Source: Eledone cirrhosa (Eukaryota). Taken from it: a stretch of DNA of 64,000 nucleotides. This document shows positions 56,601 to 64,000 of this stretch, piece by piece. The position numbers and the translations under genes are program-made. The notes below the pieces were generated by a model. That model did not search any database. It was not told where the DNA came from and saw only the letters and a list, made by a program, of their open reading frames with translations. The stretch lies in NCBI GenBank assembly GCA_964016885.1, contig OZ024743.1:359104001-359168000 (forward strand). The letters are read 5' to 3'. Numbering within the stretch: position 1 is the stretch's first letter; each line of letters begins with the position of its first letter.

Positions 56601-57284
56601 GAAATGTTGAATTTGAACCTAAAATAGAAACCTTTATTAAGGAAGTTAAGAGGAAATAAAGTGGGAGGGAAAGTTTCACTAAACAATAACTACGTAAATA
56701 AATGGGATGCATATTAGGGAATAAAAGGTTAGGTACAGGGAGTAACCAATATCTGTTGCAAAATGTCTTTCGGTGTATGGCTTGCTCAATATGTTAAATG
56801 AAGATACAAAAATACATAGAAAGACACGCAGAATATTTGATATTCCTTGACTTTTAAAAAATTCTATGCTATTGAACACATTGTTGATTATCTATAAACA
56901 AACAAACCAAACGAATAAACAAAAACATGAATTTGGGGAGTAATTTTTAAATGCGTGCGTTGGACCTCCGTCACTTCCGACGATGTGTGCTCCATTTCTT
57001 CGTACAACGAAAAAGCATGCTTATGAAATTAACTTGTAAGTGGTTAACATTCCACACACACGCGTACCCTTAACGTAGATCTCATGGAGGCTCAGTGTGT
57101 GATAAGGGTGGAACTTTGAATTACGTGCATTACATGTCTTACGCCGTGATCTGAGATTTGAGGCTCTCGGCCATAGATATATGTATTGTGGTCTTGCAAC
57201 ATTAAAAGAATATTTGGAATCCTGCCTTCCTTTTTCCTAGAAGCATACCCCCATCCAAACACCCACCACACGTATATCATATAT

Positions 57285-57420
57285 ATTTATGTTCATACAC
57301 GGAAGCGTATAATCGCCTGAAGATTAGGACATTTTTTATTCATCTTATATTCTGGAGATATCGTCAATATTGTGCATTGAAATCTGAGGTAGCGCTTTTG
57401 TTCTGTGTATGAACATAAAT
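57285..57420 (+). ncRNA. Type I hammerhead with 20-bp distal stem I extension
   Basis: atttatgttcatacacggaa/ttctgtgtatgaacataaat; cgc-CTGAAGA-[55 nt, weak stem II]-GAA-ATC-TGA-GGT-A-gcg; related 3' half at ~53470-53513 (-). Confidence 0.6.
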
Positions 57421-57512
57421 AAATAATATATTATTGCAGCTCTCTTCCCGAATTAGCAATGTTTTCCTTTTCCCTGTTTTTCACCTACGTATATTGCTAC
57501 ATATAGATGCAT

Positions 57513-57791
<279 letters not shown>

Positions 57792-57831
57792 TTCAAAATA
57801 TTAACAAAATAGATATTCTTGTGATCAAGTA

Positions 57832-57898
57832 TATTTTATTATACATATTTCAGAGGTACTGAGTTAACTTCAACAGTACGTCCTCATCAGATAAAATA
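57832..57898 (-). ncRNA. Type I hammerhead ribozyme
   Basis: tattttat-CTGATGA-gga-c-gtactg-[12 nt]-cagtac-c-tct-GAA-ATA-TG-TAT-A-ataaaata; (TA)n ~40 nt downstream. Confidence 0.78.
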
Positions 57899-58783
57899 AG
57901 ATGATGCATGACATACCCTGACATAGTAGATGGTTAAGATTCAGTCATGATAGTGAGTAATATATGACAAAACTCAATATTTATATACCTTAATATTGAG
58001 AACATGAGAAAAATATATAATACATATAATAGAGAGGGTGCATGTGAGACAGCTTAAAAAATACATGGCATCAATATAACTGCTAAAACAATTTGAATTA
58101 CTGAAGAAAGAGGAAAGGAATGAAAGCATAGAGGAAGAAACAGCTGATGGAATAATATAGTTAGTAGGTGCCTCCAAAGACAAAAGAGAGTTGATTACAG
58201 AGAGAGAGAGAGACAAAGGGGAATCATTTATGTTCATGTTTATAGACAATTATCCATATATACAATATATATCTAAACTTATTTGGTTGACCGTTAATAT
58301 TCAAAATATTTAATTTAAGTTAGTTCAGAGTAATGAATATATTTTAGGTTTTACAAGTTAATAGGTATCTGTATTAATATTAAAGTATACTATCAAGTTT
58401 AATTTCTAAAATTCAAAATTTTATAAAATCAAATTTAAAGGATTTACAAACACGAGAAAGAAAACATAATGTTTTTACAACCTCACGAAGGTAAACTTTA
58501 CCAAAATTATTTATAATATTGACAACAGTTTATATAATATAATTTATAAAATAATTACAGTTATAATTATTAAAGAATTTATGATTAACAATTTGAGTGC
58601 CTAAAGGATCAACAGGCCTTGTAATTAAACTTAAAGAAGTCTGAATTTTAAATTACATATATGTGTTAATCAAAAAAATATACAAGGATTATATTGTCTA
58701 AAGCCTTAAGGTGATACCTTTCAAATATACATAACATAATACAATAATACAATATAGTAAATAAGTTACTGAAAATATTGTTA

Positions 58784-58923
58784 AAAATTAATCTTTTATA
58801 TCAATTATTGTAAAAGGATCATTTAGTTGATATATACTATAAATATATCAACAATAGAAAATTAATCTTTTATATCAATTATTGTAAAAGGATCATTTAG
58901 TTGATATATACTATAAATATATA
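58784..58923. repeat. ~65-bp near-perfect direct duplication
   Basis: aaaattaatctttt(t)atatcaattattgtaaaaggatcatttagttgatatatactataaatatat twice, 9-nt spacer. Confidence 0.9.
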
Positions 58924-59568
58924 AGTCAAAACTACATGAGTCCTAAGGATAAGGGCTAGATACAAAATAAAAATAAAAAGTGAAAAATAATGAATTGTTT
59001 GCGAAACTTAAAAATGCCCAATATTAAAAATATAGTTTAAAATGTAATAGGGTTTTAATATATAGTAGACAAAAGATACTTCTAAAATGTCCATCGAATG
59101 TGATAGAAAGAGGAGCTAAAGACTTGAAAAATCCGAAGGTAGTCTAAATTTAATTAAAATAAATTAAATTATATTAAATTAAGTAATAATCATTATATAA
59201 TTTCGAACATCCAGGAAATATCTAACACTTATAACAATAGAGAGTCATTTGAGTATCTAAATTATTTATAAATGTAATTACGAGTATGTTATTACACTAG
59301 ATAAACATATTTGTACAACTATATATAGAGAGTATTATAGGTATTAATGAAGCGATATACATTTAATAAATAAATAATTATAATCATTATTAGTAATGCT
59401 ATAATTGTAGTTTTACCTCCAGTTCAGTGGAGAGAGAGACCAATATTTGTCGACTAGTATGGTTTGTTATATTTATACGTAGATATATATAAAAATATAT
59501 AAGTGCAAATCTAACTTTCTGAGTCCCCAAAACATACCCAAAATGAGTAAAATATATAAATGCATGAA

Positions 59569-61420
59569 TGATCAGTCTAAGGCATTCGATAGGGTTGACC
59601 ATCGTTACCTGGATGCGGTGCTCGAGGCGGCAGGCTTCGGACCCGTGTTCAGGGGCTCGATTGCTGCAATGCACAGCAGCAACATCTGCTCAAGGGTCAA
59701 GGTGGACGACTTGGAGCCGTTCTATATCACGCGATCCATCCGACATGATGCCCTCTCTGTACGTACTGACTCTCGAGCCACTACTGCGGAAGTTGGAGCT
59801 ATTGCTGGGCATCCCTTTGGAAGCGGGACTAAGAAAAGTGCCGCCGGCCTACGCCGACGACATGACAGTAATGGTGTCGAGCACCTCGCAAATCGGGAGG
59901 TCGGCACCTTACTGGAGGAATACGAAAGGTTCACAGGAGCGAAGCCGAACCAGGACAAATCCGTCGGTTTGCAACTCGGAACGTGGAGAGGAACACCGAT
60001 GCTTTCCGATGGCGTCGTCGGACGCTGGACGGAAGGATCGGTAAAGCTGCTCGGGGTCTGGTTTGGTCCGGACCTCCAGGTGGAGAAGAACTGGAACGAG
60101 GTGACGGCCAAGGTGTTTGCGCTCACCCAAAAGTGGGCCGAGTGCAAACTATCCTTGAAAGCTCGAGCGGAGGTGGCGAACACTTTTATAGCGTCCGTCA
60201 TCTACTACCACTTGACCGTTATGCCTTGTCCAGCCAAAACGCTCACCAAAATGGAGCGCATGCTCTTCCAATTCGTTTGGAAGAAACGGGCCCCTTTGGT
60301 GAGAAGATCCATCTGCTGGCAACACCCTTCAAACGGAGGGCTGGGGTTGCCGTGGATGACGATGCGCAAACATGCGCTCAGGCTACGGCACCTCCACGTA
60401 TTCCTCACCAGACAACCGGTGAGGCGAGCCTTCCCATGACTCGTCTCGCTGACCGAGCTGCAGTCCTGGATCAAGCGAAGACCGAGGAAAATAGGCGACT
60501 GGCACATCGAATGTGCCCAGGCGCTCACAGTCCTCTGGCAAACGGACCCGGCGATCAGTGGAGACTCCACTTTGACATTCTATAGCGGGTTGGTCCGCAG
60601 CAAGTGCGACGACACGCTCGGAGAAACTCTAGGCGTAGAGGAGGACGACCTGGCCAGTTTGATCGGTAGGAGCTTCCACCCGGGATCAATGGACAACTTC
60701 CAAAAGTCCCTGGCCTGGCAGTGCTACCGAGGAGCTCTACCAGTTCGAGACAAGCTCTACAGATACGGGCGCCCGGGTAGGGACCCTTCAAAAAAGATCT
60801 GTCCGCACGCATTTGTACACTGCCCGGGCGTTACCGACCTGTGGGGCTATGTAGAACGACTATTGTCGAGGGTGGGACCAATCCAGTTGACCACCGAGTC
60901 CATTGTCATGATCAAACCGCCACCCTCCTTCAAAAACAAGGGAGAGGCGGTTTTCCTATGTGTTATGGCTATGGTGAAAGAGGTTATATGGTGGACTAGG
61001 TTAAAAGGGCTCAGGTCAGACGCCTTTCTCTTCGGCGAGCAGCTGATTCGTTTTTTCAAATATCATTTTGGAAGAAGAATCAGGATGGAGAGAGAGGTGC
61101 TGTACCCCAGCAAATTTTATAAAAGGTGGGTGAATGTGGCAAAGATGGCCCGAGTGGTTGGGCCTTCTCTCTATATAAGCCTGTAGGTTGAGGAAAAAGA
61201 GGAAGAGAGGAAGGGAGTACTCACTCTTGGTGCTCCTAGAGATGAGGATTGTACATTTTTTCGGGGTGTGTACAACCCTTGTGTAACGCCTCCCCCCTAT
61301 TGGGGATTTCAATTGTTATTTGTTATTTTATTAATAGTTTTATTTTCATATACCTGTATGTAAACTCCCCATTTGTATTTGTCCCCTTCTTTTGTACCCC
61401 TGTGGCTAATAAAGAAATTT
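59569..61420 (+). mobile_element. L1/Tx1-clade non-LTR retrotransposon, 5'-truncated, with 3' UTR
   Basis: Starts at DQSKAFDRVDH; YADD in alternate frame; GGLGLP; RGALPVRDKLY; 3' UTR ending aataaagaaa; paralog of 30300-32320. Confidence 0.9.
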
Positions 61421-61619
61421 ATCTAGCCACCTAACCACCCGCCTCCCCTCTCTTTCTATTTGTACCTCCTTTCTGCTTTTAATGGAATTGCTACGTATCT
61501 ATAATAAGAAATCCGAAATTCAGTAAGAGTGACCACATGGTTTCTCGCTTATAGACATAGCCCCTGGGGGAGTGACTCTCCAAATGGCACATGTTTGGAA
61601 TCAAGGTAACCTCGGAAGC

Positions 61620-62985
61620 GTTTCTATGCTACTTTCGTTAACCGGCTTGTGGCGCAAACTCTGACCACCCTTCTCCGCCAGGTGCTCGTGACCCCGAAAG
61701 ACGTGCCCTCATCCTAGGATCGCCGATCCTCCCGTTCGTCACCCGCTCCACCATCAGATTCCGGCTCCAACAGCTCACAACCCTCACGAGCAGACTGGGC
61801 ATGATTGACGCCCATCCAGCCCTCTTCCTGTTGAGGAACTACTTCGCCATGCCGAATCTCCTCTACATATTTTGCAGTGTTCCTTGCTACAGCCATGCAT
61901 CTCTCTTCGCTGACCTCGACATTTGTTTCAGAGTGGCAGCTGAGGAAATTTGTAAACGTCAGGTTTGACGATTTTGGATGGTAACAGGCCACCTCCCCTG
62001 TTAGAAACGGCGGGCTTGGACTCTGGTCTCGCCGGCTTTGCCGGCGTTTCTTTAGTCATTTACCTCTAGCCGTGTCCTCATCAACAGGGTTCTCCACAAC
62101 ACAACGGAACCCATTGTGATCGAGGAGCGTGCGTCCGCCTGCGAGAATTGGAACCGGCTTGGACAACGCCCAATAGACGTCCCACATCCTCTTCTCCCTG
62201 TAGAAGTCAATTACCCCACAGAGCATATGGGATGCCACCCAGTGCGGCATGGCCTTGGACAGGATAGCGCGCCAGCTCGATCAGCACCTACTCGCATATT
62301 TTTGGTCGGCTTCGCAACCCAAATAACGGTTTCTGGCTCAATGCGTTACCCTCCGTTTTGACTGGCACATAGCTGTATAATGATAGCCTGCGAATCGGGG
62401 TTTCCCTGAGGCACGGCCTCCGGATTTGCGAGCCACACAAATGTCATTGCGGATCCACTGTAGACTATTTCGGTCTCGACACGCTGCCACTACAGTCCCG
62501 TCCGCCTTCCACGCCATGGTCATGAGGTCATCAAACATGGCTTTGATGCTGCAGGATTCCCCTCCCATCTGAAGGCGGCGGGGCTAGACCGAGGGGACGG
62601 CAAAAAGCCTGACGGCATGACTATCTTCCCATTCCACGGTGGTAACCTCTTCACCTGGGATGTCACATATAGAGACACATTCTCCTGCGGCAACCTGGTG
62701 CAGTCTGCAACAAACCCAGGCTCTGCTACACTACGGGCCGAGGCGGGTAAACTTTCAAATATCGGTCACTCTCAGACAGGTTTGCGGTCGAGCTCGTAGC
62801 AGTGGAGACTTATGTGTGGCTCCATCAACATTCTCCGGGGAAACGCCTTCTCTATTTTGCCCGCCTAGACCGCGGGGCGGCCAGTGGGTGGGTACCCCTT
62901 TTGCTCATAGTAGTGAGAGATGGGGAGAACGGGGGAGACGGAGTCAGTGACAGTGAGAGTTTGATTCTTTTGTGTTCGGACCTGG
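61620..62985 (+). mobile_element. CRE-like non-LTR retrotransposon fragment (RT C-terminus, Zn knuckle, RLE), decayed
   Basis: QATSPVRNGGLGL; [20 protein letters not shown]; GLDRGDGKKPDGMTIFPF...WDVT. Confidence 0.82.
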
Positions 62986-63096
62986 TGTGTATGTATATAT
63001 TTATTTACCACACCTCATGTTACATACACACCCATATAAACCATTTATAAATTATTACAGTTCAACGATTAGTTCTTATAACCGAAAATACTAAAC

Positions 63097-63255
63097 GGTC
63101 CAGAATTAGCAGTCCAGAATTAGCCGTCGAAACGGCTTGAGCTCAGCCGTCGGGGTCCTACTTGTTCCTATTACCCACTCTACTACCCTAAGTATTGAGT
63201 ACTTTGGTGCGTTATGGTCCATCTGGTTCCTTACCACATTTCCTTCGTTATATAT
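63097..63255 (+). mobile_element. 5'-truncated 3' end of the family at 7386-7592, ending in TA repeat
   Basis: gtccagaattagccgtcGAAACGGCTTGAGCTCAGCCGTC...ttccttcgt-tatata. Confidence 0.75.
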
Positions 63256-63257
63256 AC

Positions 63258-63830
63258 TCGGTAAAGGTAACCATAGTGAGTACAGTGAATTTTTTGAAAT
63301 TTATTTTGAAACTTTTTCTTATTTGCTAAACCTTGATTATATATGTTCTGGCTCGTTAATTTATTAACCTGCCATTGAACCACATTGGCATATGGTTGGA
63401 CAATACATGTGTCCCTGGACGCTTTTTGCGTGTAGGGATATATACTTTATTATTATTAATCTCCCCTTGGTCGAGATAAAATTTGGTCGTTTTGACTGCT
63501 GCTATTTATAGTGGTAGTAGACTGACATCCCTGCCTCTGCTTCTATCTTTACACATGGCACTGGACAGAATTGCTTCCACATCATTCATTCTCATCTCGG
63601 GAACAATTTTGAATAGCGCCAGTTCGTAATTTGAACTCGGGAATTTTATATTCTCCGAGTGAAAAGAACCTTCTGACGAGAGTTTATCTTTTCAATGGAA
63701 GGCCGCAAGGACTGTCCATTTATTTTTGAGACTCGAAACCGATTCGGTAAAGGCAACCATAGTGAGTACAGTGAATTTTTTGAAATTTATTTTGAAACTT
63801 TTTCTTATTTGCTAAACCTTGATTATATAT
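63258..63830 (+). mobile_element. Retrozyme-like element: 486-nt unit, 87-bp terminal direct repeats, intact hammerhead
   Basis: 63258-63344 = 63744-63830 (1 mismatch); TA repeats on both sides; no long ORF. Confidence 0.85.
63669..63753 (+). ncRNA. Type I hammerhead ribozyme (55-nt stem II domain)
   Basis: cctt-CTGACGA-gagttt-...aatgga...tccatt...-agactc-GAA-ACCG-ATT-CGGT-A-aagg. Confidence 0.88.
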
Positions 63831-64000
63831 ATATATGTATATTTCTCGTATGTCAAATTAATACCATTGAACAACAACTGTATCATAGACACCCTATATA
63901 TTTCCGAGGGTGTTTAGTGCATGTGGGGATATTAATCTCATTTTATATAAATTCTCCCATGTGTAGAGAAAAAATCCGTTGTTTACTCAGCTGCTATTTT

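Noticed and set aside
58260-59540. Possible very decayed PLE ORF on the minus strand upstream of the 57832 hammerhead
   Set aside because: Only faint hints (e.g. FGKVYLRE); not supportable without a profile search
61515-61575. Minus strand agagt...GAAACCA-TG-TGGTC-actct hammerhead-like arrangement
   Set aside because: No CUGANGA between stems I and II

Overview
AT-rich, microsatellite-dense animal genomic DNA. The repeat content resembles a cephalopod/Octopus-like mollusc (inference only). I found no recognisable host gene; the window is a mosaic of transposons. It holds two near-full-length Penelope-like retroelements of the Hydra type (RT with YRDD, CxC linker, C-terminal GIY-YIG), both abutting (TA)n. 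It also holds two L1/Tx1 fragments, two CRE-like RLE fragments, an RTE fragment with a 5' inversion, an R4/Dong/Hero-like 3' end inside (TATG)n, a CR1/L2-group fragment, two Helitron-type elements and many tRNA-derived SINEs. The main signal is absent from the ORF track: about 15-20 type I hammerhead ribozyme motifs (about 9 with intact CUGANGA/GAAA cores, folded by eye) from many distinct short non-coding units, most ending within ~250 nt of a (TA)n tract. Several hammerheads carry an unusually large (80-105 nt), branched stem II domain. Two hammerhead units have terminal direct repeats like retrozymes (486-nt and 315-nt monomers), and a third ~560-nt unit is circularly permuted. The units build inverted repeats from 20 bp to 2.45 kb. 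Together this suggests a (TA)n-targeting Penelope/retrozyme ecosystem. All folds are manual; ribozyme activity is untested.
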